Assembly: GCA_963818475.1 (NCBI GenBank)
Contig: CAWFSF010000006.1
Span: 1,056,001 to 1,120,000 of the forward strand
Reading direction: 5' to 3'
Source of the DNA: Nitrospirota bacterium
GTDB lineage: Bacteria; Nitrospirota; UBA9217
Length of the DNA: 64,000 nucleotides
The translations under genes and the position numbers were made by a program. Of the stretch, positions 14,057 to 24,331 are shown in pieces. Every line of letters starts with the position of its first letter. Position 1 is the stretch's first letter. A model generated the notes under the pieces. That model ran no database searches. It saw nothing but the letters and a program-made list of their open reading frames with translations, and was not told the DNA's origin.

Positions 14057-15016
14057 TTGGCGCAGGAATACCTCGAATTTGAAAAACCGATCGCTGAACT
14101 TGAAAAGAAGATAGAGGAGCTTACCCTTTTTACCTCGAACGGGAACATCGACCTCGAGGAAGAGATCCTCAAGCTTCACAAAAAGTCGGACCAACTGCGC
14201 GCCGAGATCTACTCCCGGTTGACTCCCTGGCAGAAGGTCCAGATCTCCCGCCATCCGAACCGACCGTATACGCTGGATTACATCGAGGCGATGCTCACGG
14301 ATTTTGTCGAGATGCATGGTGACCGTGGTTTTGCCGATGATCCCGCTATCGTCTGCGGCATGGCGAAGCTTGACAACATGCCGGTCGTTATCATCGGCCA
14401 CCAAAAAGGCAGGACACTGAAGGATCGGATGTATCGCAACTTCGGCCAGCCGAATCCCGAGGGCTACCGCAAGGCGCTGCGGCTCATGGAATTCGCGGAA
14501 AAGTTCAGGAAGCCGATCATAACGCTCATCGATACCCAGGGCGCGTACCCGGGCATCGGCGCCGAAGAGCGCGGACAGGGTGAATCCATCGCCAGAAACC
14601 TGCTGGTCATGTCGAGTTTGAAGGTCCCGATCGTCACGGTAGTGATCGGCGAAGGCGGGAGCGGCGGAGCGCTGGCATTGGGAGTGGCCGACCGGGTGCT
14701 CATGCTGGAGCATTCAACCTACTCGGTCATTTCTCCGGAAGGCTGCGCCGCGATCCTCTGGAACAACGGCTCAAAAGCAAGTGAGGCCGCGGAGCTGCTC
14801 AAGATCACGGCACAGGACCTTTTTCAGATGAAAGTGATCGACGAGGTCGTGGAAGAGCCTATCGGCGGCGCACACCGCGATCCCCGGCGGGCTGCCGAGC
14901 TGTTAAAGGACGCGGTCACGCGAAATATGGCTGAGATCAGGAACGTGCCTCCGGACGAGATCGTGAAGATGCGCTATGAAAAGTTCAGACGGTTGGGGAC
15001 CTTCGATCAGATATGA
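14057..15016 (+). CDS. accA: Acetyl-CoA carboxylase carboxyltransferase alpha subunit
   Basis: YLEFEKPI, RHPNRPYTLDY, PEGYRKALRLM, IDTQGAYPG, YSVISPEGCA; TTG start after GGAGGAG. Confidence 0.98.
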   Translation: MAQEYLEFEKPIAELEKKIEELTLFTSNGNIDLEEEILKLHKKSDQLRAEIYSRLTPWQKVQISRHPNRPYTLDYIEAMLTDFVEMHGDRGFADDPAIVCGMAKLDNMPVVIIGHQKGRTLKDRMYRNFGQPNPEGYRKALRLMEFAEKFRKPIITLIDTQGAYPGIGAEERGQGESIARNLLVMSSLKVPIVTVVIGEGGSGGALALGVADRVLMLEHSTYSVISPEGCAAILWNNGSKASEAAELLKITAQDLFQMKVIDEVVEEPIGGAHRDPRRAAELLKDAVTRNMAEIRNVPPDEIVKMRYEKFRRLGTFDQI

Positions 15017-15035
15017 TCTTTGTCGGAGGATTAAT

Positions 15036-15157
15036 CAGGTTGATAGACTGAAGGCTGAAATCGGTAAAGAATAAACATTGGCATATAAAGCAATAAGTAC
15101 TAGACAACCGAGAAGTAAAATCCAGTTGACTTTCTCAAAAACCTTCAGTCTGCAGCC
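15036..15157. repeat. Second copy of the heptamer-based REP-like element
   Basis: TCAGGTTGATAGACTGAAGGCTGAA is close to the reverse complement of 1395-1418; AAAAACCTTCAGTCTGCAGCC at 15137-15157 resembles 1388-1408. Confidence 0.55.
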
Positions 15158-15170
15158 GAACAATTGATGG

Positions 15171-15524
15171 TCAGGAAATTTCTACGATCAGTTCGTTGGT
15201 AGCGATCTTGAGGCCGACCATGGCGTTCTGCAGGTTGGCGTAGGGAGACAGCAGGAGCAGCAGGCAGTAGTCGTTTAAAACCGGAGCGATCAGTTGGTTC
15301 CCCTCGTCCAGCGAAAAAAGCACGGCATGGACGCTCCCCAGCCCGAGCCGGCCGGTGATCTCTTTGATATGGTCAAGATGTATCTCCTTCCACGCGCCGA
15401 GCAGCTTGACATCGATGGCAACCTCCCCGGACTGTGCGATCGATTCCCCGTCATTATCTAGAAAAATTGCAGCCTGCGCCCCGTCCACTGACATAATGAG
15501 CCTGCCCAGGATCTTTTCCAGCAA
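15171..15524 (-). CDS. Roadblock/LC7 (MglB-like) domain protein
   Basis: 117 aa: IL..L...VDGA.AAIFLD.DGE.I ... Y.L.L.L...ANL; TTG start after GGGGAG. Confidence 0.7.
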   Translation of the reverse strand: MLEKILGRLIMSVDGAQAAIFLDNDGESIAQSGEVAIDVKLLGAWKEIHLDHIKEITGRLGLGSVHAVLFSLDEGNQLIAPVLNDYCLLLLLSPYANLQNAMVGLKIATNELIVEIS

Positions 15525-15562
15525 GATACTCCCCTTTCGTTCTTCACGGCTTCGAACGGATA

Positions 15563-16270
15563 TTAACTGAAGATCACAAAAAATATCGCGGTCAAACCGG
15601 CCCCGATGGCCGCCCCGGCAAACACTTCGACCGGACGATGGATCCCCGAAGACCACCTGCTCCAGCTGACCATCAGGGCAAGGATGAATGTGAGCACGCC
15701 GACCGGCACACTTCTCGTCAGATAGACCGCCGCCGCCCATATCGAAAAAGATACGGCCGCGTGTCCGCTTGGCATGCCCCCCCGGAGCGGGTCTCCCTTG
15801 CCGAGCAGCGCCTTGATGAAAATGACGACGATGACGACGACCGCGAGCGATACAAATGCGATAACATCACTCGGTGCTTTCCGCGGGTGCCATTCACCCT
15901 GTGCGATGGCGGCCGTCAGGGCCGGGTACAGGATGAGGTATGCCAGGGTGAGCGCCCCGAATGACGCCAGAAGCACTACCCCGGCCGCGATGTCCTTGGC
16001 GATCTTGGCGAGCGGATGGTAGGTGTCCGAGATCATGTCGACGGTGACCTCGATGGCGGTGTTCAGCATTTCCATGGCCAGGACAAGGATGATCGCCATG
16101 CACAGCAGAATGAACTCGGTGCGGGTGATGTTCAAGCCGAGGCCCAGGACAAGGGTGCCCAGTGCCGCGAACAGGTGGTAGCGCATATGGCGCTGCGTCT
16201 TGACCGAGTAAATGATGCCCTCGATAGCCAGGTTCGCGCTCTGCACCCATGACCGTGGCCGCCATTTCAT
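15563..16270 (-). CDS. dgkA: Diacylglycerol/undecaprenol kinase (DgkA) fused to a PAP2 domain
   Basis: EMLNTAIE..VD, AKIAKDIAAG, then GGMPSGHAA and SR...GIH...EV..GA. Confidence 0.88.
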   Translation of the reverse strand: MKWRPRSWVQSANLAIEGIIYSVKTQRHMRYHLFAALGTLVLGLGLNITRTEFILLCMAIILVLAMEMLNTAIEVTVDMISDTYHPLAKIAKDIAAGVVLLASFGALTLAYLILYPALTAAIAQGEWHPRKAPSDVIAFVSLAVVVIVVIFIKALLGKGDPLRGGMPSGHAAVSFSIWAAAVYLTRSVPVGVLTFILALMVSWSRWSSGIHRPVEVFAGAAIGAGLTAIFFVIFS

Positions 16271-16704
16271 GTTCGCAGTCCCTTGAGCAGGTTCTGTTCC
16301 TTCATCCGCATGCTTCGGGCATCGGCCGCACCGCGCTCATGGTCGTAGCCGACCAGATGCAGGAGGCCATGGACCAGCAGGCGTTCCAGTTCCTGCTGCA
16401 GTGTAAGGCCCGCGTCAACAGCCTGTTGCCGTGCCACGGGCACCGATATGACGATATCCCCGAGCATGTCCGGCTGGACCCCGCCGAAACGCCCTTCGCG
16501 GAGCGAGAAGGAAAGAACGTCGGTGGTCCTGTCCTTGCCCCGATACTCCCGGTTGAGCGTTCGCATGGCTCGATCGCCGATAAAAAGCACGCTCAATTCG
16601 GCATCAGGAAGGTTGAGATTCTCCAACAACTTCGTGAGCAGCGCTTTTAACTTTGCCGCCGCCAGCTTTTGCTTCTTCTGGTTGTTTTTTATCCGGATGA
16701 TCAT
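16267..16704 (-). CDS. ybeY: rRNA maturation RNase YbeY
   Basis: LNREYRGKD.TTDVLSF, LGDIVIS, HGLLHLVGYDH. Confidence 0.97.
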   Translation of the reverse strand: MIIRIKNNQKKQKLAAAKLKALLTKLLENLNLPDAELSVLFIGDRAMRTLNREYRGKDRTTDVLSFSLREGRFGGVQPDMLGDIVISVPVARQQAVDAGLTLQQELERLLVHGLLHLVGYDHERGAADARSMRMKEQNLLKGLRT

Positions 16705-18399
16705 TTCGTTTTCTTTCTCCCGGGAATTCCATGCCGGGATAGTCTATCCGATGATGGAAGATCCCATTGAGGGTGAGGTTGAAGCTCTTCGAGATCTCCC
16801 GCAGGTTCTTGAGCGTCAGATCGCATGAGCTGAGCTGGTCATCGAGGAAAATGCGGGTGATGACGCTGTTCGTCAGCGCCTGGATGCGCTGAGGCGTCGG
16901 GTCGTCGAGGGTCCGTGAAGCCGCTTCGACCGCATCGGAGAGCATCACGATGGCCGCCACTTTCGTGCGCGGGCGCGGACCGGGATAGCGGTAGTCCTCC
17001 TCGGCGATCTTGGCATAGGGCTGCAGCTCTTTTGCCTTCTGGTAAAAATAGGTGATGAGCGAAGTTCCATGATGCTGATGGATGATGTCGATGAGGGCAG
17101 TGGGCAGGTTGTGCTCACGTGCCACATCGATGCCGTCCTTCACATGCGATGCGATGATGAGGCTGCTCATGGACGGCATCAGCCGGTTATGTTTGTTGTC
17201 CTTGGGGTGCTGGTTCTCGATGAAATATTCGGGTTTGCGGATCTTCCCCACATCATGGTAATAGGCGCCGACGCGTGCAAGAAGCGGATTTTCGCCGATG
17301 GCCTCGGCTGCCGCCTCAGCCAGGTTGCCGATAAGAATGCTGTGATGATAGGTGCCGGGAGTAGTGTAGACCAGCTTCTTGAGGAGCGGCTGGTTCGGTT
17401 CCAGGAGTTCCAGGAGCTTGATGTCGGTGGCGATATCGAAGACCGCTTCGAAAAAAGGCAGGGTAGCCGAAACGATCATGGCAACGGCAATGGCTCCCAG
17501 GAAGCCGGCGCTCATATCGTACAGGCCGCGCGTCATAAGCTCCCCTTTATAGAAATCGATCCCGGCGATGGCGGTAATGTTCACCAGCGCCGTCAATGCC
17601 CCTGCCCTGAGCACCGCAGTCCGTTTTTTGCATTGGATGACCGAAAGTGCAGCAACAATGCTTCCCAGAAAATAGTACAGGGGGATAAAGGGGTCGCCTT
17701 GAAACGAGATGCCGAGCAGGATGCTGATCATGAAAGAAAAACCCAATGCCAGGTGGAAGTCCAGCAGAAGGCTCACCAGCATGGCTCCGGCCGTGACGGG
17801 CAGAGCAAACCCGATCGTGGCAGTTTCCAACTGCAGCTTGTCAGCCACGAGGAACAGGATATGTTTTGAGAATTGAGCAAGGATCACGGTCGCCAGCAGC
17901 AAAAAAGCGAGCAGAAACATTTTCCTGGTGTCTGCAATAAGGGCCGGGCGGTACCGTTTGATATCGCGGTAAAAAAGGTAGAACATCAGCAGGAACAGCA
18001 GGCTGAGGCCTCCATAGGCGTTCAGTCTGACCCTCCTGCTCCTCACGGCGGTCGATCTCTTCCAGTGCCCGAGCTGCATTTTCGGACACCCGGTGGCCGG
18101 CTTCGACAAGGACTTCACCCTTTTCCACTGAAAAAGAGAGCAGGGTCTGGTCAGTGCCCTGGTATTCAATGGACAGGGCACGGGGTGCCACGATATCACG
18201 CTCGGCGATGTCCCCTTTCTGGAGGTGCGGGACACGGGGGATCAGTATGATCGCGAGCAGCAGGGCGGTAACGAAGGCGATGCTGATGTTCGGAAAGCGC
18301 ACGGACCGCTTGAGGTCCTGCGGCGCAGTCGTCCTTTTCCGTCTCCTGGATAGGGACCTTCGGGATAAGTTTTAGGTTCGTATCATGCTTGGGATTCAT
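16604..18399 (-). CDS. 7TM-HD phosphohydrolase (PgpH/YqfF-like); two apparent frameshifts (about 18300 and 18020)
   Basis: [50 protein letters not shown]; N-terminal TM and periplasmic pieces are in adjacent frames. Confidence 0.88.
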
Positions 18400-19359
18400 C
18401 GTCAGCCTCGTATTTCTCGTATGCTTTGATGATCTGCTGGACAAGGCGGTGACGCACAACATCGCGGTGCGTAAAATAGACGAACCGGATGCCCTCGACG
18501 CCTTCCAGAATTTTTTGCACTTCGATCAGTCCCGAGTTCTTGTCGTTCGGCAGATCTATCTGGGTGACGTCTCCGGTGACTACGGTCTTTGAGTTGAATC
18601 CCAGGCGGGTAAGGAACATTTTCATCTGCTCGGTCGTGGTGTTTTGCGCCTCATCGAGGATAATGAACGAATCGTTCAGCGTGCGGCCGCGCATGAAGGC
18701 GAGCGGAGCGATCTCGATGTCCCCCCGCTCCACCAGTTTATTGGCTTTTTCGGTCTCGATCATGTCGTAGAGCGCATCATACAGGGGGCGAAGGTAGGGA
18801 TTGACCTTTTCATAGAGATCGCCGGGCAGGAATCCCGAGCTTTTCCCCTGCCTCGACGGCCGGACGTACGAGAATGATCCTGCTTACTTCCCGCCGCAGC
18901 AGGGCGGAAACAGCAGTGGCCATGGCGAGGTAGGTCTTTGCCGGTTCCCGCCGGTCCGATGCCGAAAACAATATCGTGTTGTTTGATTGCCTCGACGTAG
19001 GCGCGCTGGGTCTCGTTCTTCGGAGCGACCGGCCGTTTTTTATTCGACACGAGGATGGTCTTTTGAAAAATATCTTTCAAGCCTGCGGATGGATTGGCGG
19101 AAAAAGCCCGGATAGCGGCATGTACATCATCGCGATGAACGATGACTCCCCTGGTGAGCATATCGGCAAGCTGTCTGATAAGGAACTCGACCTGTGCGAC
19201 CGGCTCCTCCTCACCTTCGATCTGAAGCTTGTTCCCCCGGGCTGTCAGGACCACGCCATAAGCATTTTCGATCAACTTGAGATTTTTATCAAGATCTCCG
19301 AAAAGGCTCGGCAATGACGTTACGTCATCTATGACTACATGTGCTGCTGTATTTTTCAT
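18383..19359 (-). CDS. phoH: PhoH-like ATPase (YbeZ); two apparent frameshifts (about 18938 and 18835)
   Basis: [45 protein letters not shown]. Confidence 0.93.
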
Positions 19360-19415
19360 GAGGTTCAGGGTTTCGGTCGATCGCACCAAACTGCAGTCCC
19401 GCGCCATCTGATATG

Positions 19416-19444
19416 ATTGTAACATTCTGAAAAATCAAAGTCAA
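19416..19444 (-). promoter_or_regulatory. Putative sigma70 promoter for the phoH operon
   Basis: TTGACT-17bp-TACAAT with extended TG. Confidence 0.6.
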
Positions 19445-19462
19445 TTTCACTTTATTGTCCAC

Positions 19463-19993
19463 TTAGAAGTCAATGCCGCGCTGCGCGGGAACACCATGGT
19501 CATAGGGATGTTTGATGGCACGCATTTCAGTCACGAGGTCTGCGGCAGCAATGATGTCAGGGTGGGCGTTACGGCCCGTCAGGACCAGGTGAAGTTTAGC
19601 CGGTTTGCTCTTTACCAGTGCCATGACGTCCGCAAGGTCCAGCAGGCCCATGTTGACGGCATTATTGATCTCGTCCAGGATAAGCAGATCCCACGAGCCT
19701 GCATGCATCCGCTGCCGGGCAAGGTTCAGCGCTTCTCCGGCCGCCTGTTGATGCTCGGACCGTGTCGATGAGCCCGGGGGGCCGGAAACGAATCCTTTGC
19801 CCAGGGAAATAAAATCAATTTCCGGCGCAAGTCGTTCCACGGCACGGGCTTCTCCTGCGGCCGCCGGGCTCTTGATGAACTGCACCACGGAAACGTACAT
19901 TTTGTGACCCGAGGCACGCACTGCCATGCCGATGGCCGCGCTCGTTTTCCCCTTGCCGTCCCCCGTGAAGACGATGACCAGGCCGTTGTCCAA
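19463..19993 (-). CDS. cobO: Cob(I)yrinic acid a,c-diamide adenosyltransferase (CobO/BtuR)
   Basis: GLVIVFTGDGKGKTSAA.G, VQFIK, ILDEIN, LVLTGR, KHPY..G..AQRGIDF. Confidence 0.93.
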   Translation of the reverse strand: MDNGLVIVFTGDGKGKTSAAIGMAVRASGHKMYVSVVQFIKSPAAAGEARAVERLAPEIDFISLGKGFVSGPPGSSTRSEHQQAAGEALNLARQRMHAGSWDLLILDEINNAVNMGLLDLADVMALVKSKPAKLHLVLTGRNAHPDIIAAADLVTEMRAIKHPYDHGVPAQRGIDF

Positions 19994-20142
19994 ATTATTC
20001 CCCTCTCTGCGTGCATCAGGCACTAGCACGGCAAACATCACAGATGAAGATTACCACGTCTTATGAAGTGATGCACCAAAAAAATGAGAAAAACGCAGGA
20101 CACGCTTTACTTTTTATCGGCCCGGGATGTATAATGGCCGCA

Positions 20143-22159
20143 ATGTTTACTAGGAAATCCTTCATGCTCTTTATCTTACTCGCTTTGACGGCCGGACTCA
20201 TAGGCGGAGCATCAGGGTTCATTGTCTTTTCTATGTGGGACCTTCCCGAGATAGAGATGCTGGAGGAATATCGTCCGAGCATCACCTCCCGGGTCTATAC
20301 CGATACCAACCGGATGCTGGCGGAGTTTTACCTCGAGAACAGAACGCCGGTCGAGCTCACCGACGTCCCGGAAATGCTGACAAAAGCCCTCTTGGCTGCC
20401 GAGGACGCACGGTTTTATCAACACCACGGTCTTGATGTGCGCGGCATCGCGCGGGCACTGTACCGGAATCTGCGGGCGCACCGGATCCTGGAGGGCGGCA
20501 GTACGCTGACGCAGCAGCTTGCAAAGGTCCTCTTTCTCTCTCCGGACCGCACGTTTTCGCGTAAATTCAAAGAAATGGCGCTGGCGCTCCGCATCGAACA
20601 GCGCTATACAAAGCGGGAGATCCTCTCGCTCTATCTCAATCAGATCTATTTTGGGAACGGCGCCTACGGCGTGGAGGCTGCTGCACGTATCTATTTTGGC
20701 AAGCCAGCCAGGGACCTGAACCTTGCCGAATGCGCCATGATGGCCGGTCTTCCCCGGTCACCGAAGCGGTATTCACCATTCAAGGCGCCTGCAGCGGCAC
20801 TGGATCGCCGGGCCTATGTCCTGTCCCGCATGGCCAGAGCAGGCACTATTACGCAGCTCCAGGCTGATGAAGCTGTAAACGAGCCGCTTCCAGCAAGTCC
20901 CACTACTACGGTGCGCGGGGCTGATTCCTATGTCGTCGAATACATCCGTCAGAAGATCGAGGATCGCTTCGGTTCCAGCATTCTCTATTCGGGCGGCCTC
21001 AACATTTATACCACTATCAATGAACAGTTCCAGGAATATGCAAAACAAGCGGTCAAGGCCGGCCTTCCGCAAGTGGAGGCCCGCCACCGTCAGCTGTCTA
21101 AGCATCTGCAGCCCCCGCTGCAGGGTGCGCTCATTGCCATCGAGCCCTCAACGGGCCATATCCTTGCCATGGTCGGCGGCAGGGATTACGCGGAAAGCCA
21201 GTTCAACCGGGCCTGGCAGGCAGTTCGGCAGCCCGGTTCGGCATTTAAACCTTTGATCTTTGCCGAAGCCATCGAACGCGGATTCGGTCCATCGGACCTG
21301 CTCGATGATTCTCCCTTGACGGTCAAGCTCGATCGCAACAGGAGTTGGACTCCTGAGAACTTCAGCAGGAAGTTTCAGGGCGCAGTGACCCTTCGCCGCG
21401 CTTTGACAAAGTCCCTGAACGTGCCTACCGTTCGGCTGCTCGACAAACTCGGCATTGATCAGACGATTCAGTTCGCCCGGAACATGGGGATCGTGAGCCC
21501 GGTCGCTCCTTACTTGTCCATGGCGCTCGGCAGTTCTGACTGTGACGCTCCTTGAGTTGACGTCGGCATACTCGGTGCTGGCCAATCACGGAGTCCGGAT
21601 CGATCCCGTTGCCATTCTTCAGGTTACCGACAGCACTGGACGCGTTCTGTTTGCCGGTGACGCCGTTCCTGCTCAGGTGGTAAGGCCGGAAACAGCCTAT
21701 ATTATGACGAACCTTCTTCGTGGCGTCGTAGAGCGGGGAACGGCATGGAAGGCGCGTGAACTCGGCAGGCCTGTCGCTGGAAAAACCGGCACGGCAAACG
21801 ATTACCGTGATGCGTGGTTCATCGGTTATACTCCTGGTATCGTTGCTGGCGTTTGGGTAGGGTATGACGACCATCGAACCATCGGCCCCCGAGAAACGGG
21901 CGCACGCGCAGCCCTTCCGCTGTGGCTTGATTTCATGAAAAAAGCTCTTGACGGAAGAGAGCCTGAGGAGTTCACGGCCCCTGAAGGGATCGTTCTCAGG
22001 CAGATCGATGCCGCCACGGGATTACTGAGTACGGAAAAATGCAAGGACATCATCAGGGAAGCATATGTACCCGGAACAGAGCCGAGAATATATTGTCCTG
22101 AAAATGCTGCAGAGAGCGAGATGCCGGTGCAGGAGGATGAGGCTCCGGAAATACCATAA
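20143..22159 (+). CDS. Class A penicillin-binding protein (PBP1A family); apparent frameshift near 21541
   Basis: Transglycosylase motifs EDARFYQHHG, GGSTLTQQLAK, RKFKE; transpeptidase motifs SAFK, SLN, KTGT. Confidence 0.95.
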
Positions 22160-22164
22160 TATTA

Positions 22165-22193
22165 TTGACACCGGTAAAAATATTTGTTACTGT
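22165..22193 (+). promoter_or_regulatory. Putative sigma70 promoter for the GGDEF-lipoprotein pair
   Basis: TTGACA-17bp-TACTGT with extended TG. Confidence 0.5.
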
Positions 22194-22205
22194 TGGTGAA
22201 AAAAG

Positions 22206-23609
22206 GTGAGCATTTCTATCACATCCATGAAGATACCTATTTCTCAAACAATACTGGATAAAATAGTACCTACGAAGCTTTTTGCCAGGCTCAATATCGC
22301 CAGCAAGATGCTGCTCGGATACATGACCCTCGTACTGCTTACGGTCATCGTGGTGGTCTATGCGTTAGTCAGCCTTCAGCGGATCAACAACCTGAACAAG
22401 AGCATTGTAAAGACCGACATCCCTACCCATGAAGCCGCCGATAAAATGCTTGACACGCTCCTTGCTCAGGACACCTATGAAAAGCGCTTTCTTATATTGA
22501 AGAGCGAGGACATGAAAAAGCTCTTTGCAAAGCGCGGTGATGAGTTTAGATCATGGCTGCAGGTGCTCAAGGACCTTCCCGGAAAAAATACGGCTCCGAT
22601 CGAAACCCTGGAGAGGCTGCATGGCAATTACACCGAGCTGTTCGCCCGAGAAATCAAGCTGGCTAGGGCAAATAAGAACGAAGCCGCATATGCCATTTCA
22701 AATTCCAGCCTGAAACGCAATCTGGATAAACTCCTCGACACGTTGAAGACGGTGTCCGACCGTGCCCGGGATTCTCAGGACATTAAGATGCGGCAGATCA
22801 GTTCAGTAGGCGACCGGGCCTTCATTACGACCGCCATATTGTGCCTGGTCAGTATTCTTGCGGGAGCCCTTGCCGGCCTCATCGTGACCCATCATATCTC
22901 GTCGTCGATCAATAAATTGAAAGTTGCAACCGAACATATTGCTGATGGTAATTTCGATTACGACCCCGATATCCAGACGGAAGATGAGATCGGAGCGCTG
23001 TCAACGTCATTCCTGAGCATGGGAAAGCGCCTTCGGAAATTGGAGGAGATGTATCTGGATGCCAGTCCGCTCACGCGGCTGCCCGGCGGGATCGCCATCG
23101 AGAATGTTCTGAAAAAGAGGATCGATTCCGGACAACCGCTGGCATTTTGTGTGCTCGATCTCGATAATTTCAAGGCGTTCAACGATCGTTACGGATATGC
23201 CAACGGCAGCGAAGTGATCAAGGAAACGGCGCGCATTATTGAGAAGGCGGTCAAGACGAAAGGCACCCCTGATGATTTCATCGGGCATGTTGGCGGAGAT
23301 GACTACGTTGTTATTACGGTTCCCGATGCCATGAGAGAAGTCGCAGGTGAGGTCATCGCCCAGTTCGACCGAAGGATTCCCGAGTTTTACGAAAAAAGCG
23401 ACCGGGAAAAGGGATACATCCACGGCAAGACCAGACAGGGCGTTGATATGAAATTTCCGCTCATGACTATATCGATCGCCATCGTCACGAATGAGCGGAG
23501 AAAGCTCGCCAATGCACTGGAAGCGTCCGAAATCGCTGCAGAATTGAAGGATTATGCCAAGACCATTGCCAAAAGCGTTTTTGTCGTCGATAAGAGGAGA
23601 AATAATTGA
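22206..23609 (+). CDS. Membrane diguanylate cyclase: TM, helical periplasmic sensor, TM, HAMP, GGDEF
   Basis: Two TM helices, HAMP (DEIG.L...F..M), DASPLTRLPG, DLDNFKAFNDRYG, GHVGGDDY; start may instead be ATG 22227. Confidence 0.9.
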   Translation: MSISITSMKIPISQTILDKIVPTKLFARLNIASKMLLGYMTLVLLTVIVVVYALVSLQRINNLNKSIVKTDIPTHEAADKMLDTLLAQDTYEKRFLILKSEDMKKLFAKRGDEFRSWLQVLKDLPGKNTAPIETLERLHGNYTELFAREIKLARANKNEAAYAISNSSLKRNLDKLLDTLKTVSDRARDSQDIKMRQISSVGDRAFITTAILCLVSILAGALAGLIVTHHISSSINKLKVATEHIADGNFDYDPDIQTEDEIGALSTSFLSMGKRLRKLEEMYLDASPLTRLPGGIAIENVLKKRIDSGQPLAFCVLDLDNFKAFNDRYGYANGSEVIKETARIIEKAVKTKGTPDDFIGHVGGDDYVVITVPDAMREVAGEVIAQFDRRIPEFYEKSDREKGYIHGKTRQGVDMKFPLMTISIAIVTNERRKLANALEASEIAAELKDYAKTIAKSVFVVDKRRNN

Positions 23610-24079
23610 ACAAGCTGGCGCTGTTATTTCTATGCTTTTTAATAAGCCTCTCCGGATGCGCCCGTCTATCTGCTCCGAGGGGCCTTCCGCCAGTGCAGGA
23701 GGCTGAACTGCAGAATGCAGAAAACCTGTTCAATCAACGAAAATACAGTGATGCGGTGAACTCATATCGAAAAATACTGACAGCCTCCCCTGCTCCATCG
23801 CGCGTTGTTGCTGCCAAAGCGCAATATGGTATTGCTTTTGTCTTTGCGTACTATGATAATCCTCAGCGCAATTATGCGCAGGCGATTCAGGAACTCGATG
23901 AGTTCCTGTACTTGTATCCTGACAACGGCAGAGTGCGCGATGCACAGAACTTGCGGTTCATTCTCAAGGCGTTTATCGATGTCAAAAAGGAGAATGAGCA
24001 TCTGAATAAGAGCATCGAGCAGCTGAAAAACCTCGATATCAGGCACGAGGAGCGGCGGGGGGGAAATAACGGCAGTTGA
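23606..24079 (+). CDS. TPR-like lipoprotein with C-terminal coiled coil (QseG/YfhG-like)
   Basis: Lipobox LSGC; helical TPR-like repeats; ENEHLNKSIEQLKNLDIRHEERR; TTGA overlap with the GGDEF gene. Confidence 0.7.
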   Translation: MNKLALLFLCFLISLSGCARLSAPRGLPPVQEAELQNAENLFNQRKYSDAVNSYRKILTASPAPSRVVAAKAQYGIAFVFAYYDNPQRNYAQAIQELDEFLYLYPDNGRVRDAQNLRFILKAFIDVKKENEHLNKSIEQLKNLDIRHEERRGGNNGS

Positions 24080-24331
24080 GGTTGAGCCAAAATCGTTCAG
24101 TTGGCCGTTATTCTGATCGATGCTAGAACAAAAAATGAACCGAGTGGATCACCGGCATTTGATGCTGAATGGAAACAATCACGTGCTTCATTGAAGCGCT
24201 TGAGGCCATAGTAAGACGTCTGAGAAACGAATTTTTGTATGATGATGGTAAATGAGGGATTCTCATGCATGACTACTGATAATCGGTAATTTCAGTTGTA
24301 ATAATAAATAAATTTCTTACGAGCGGACATA

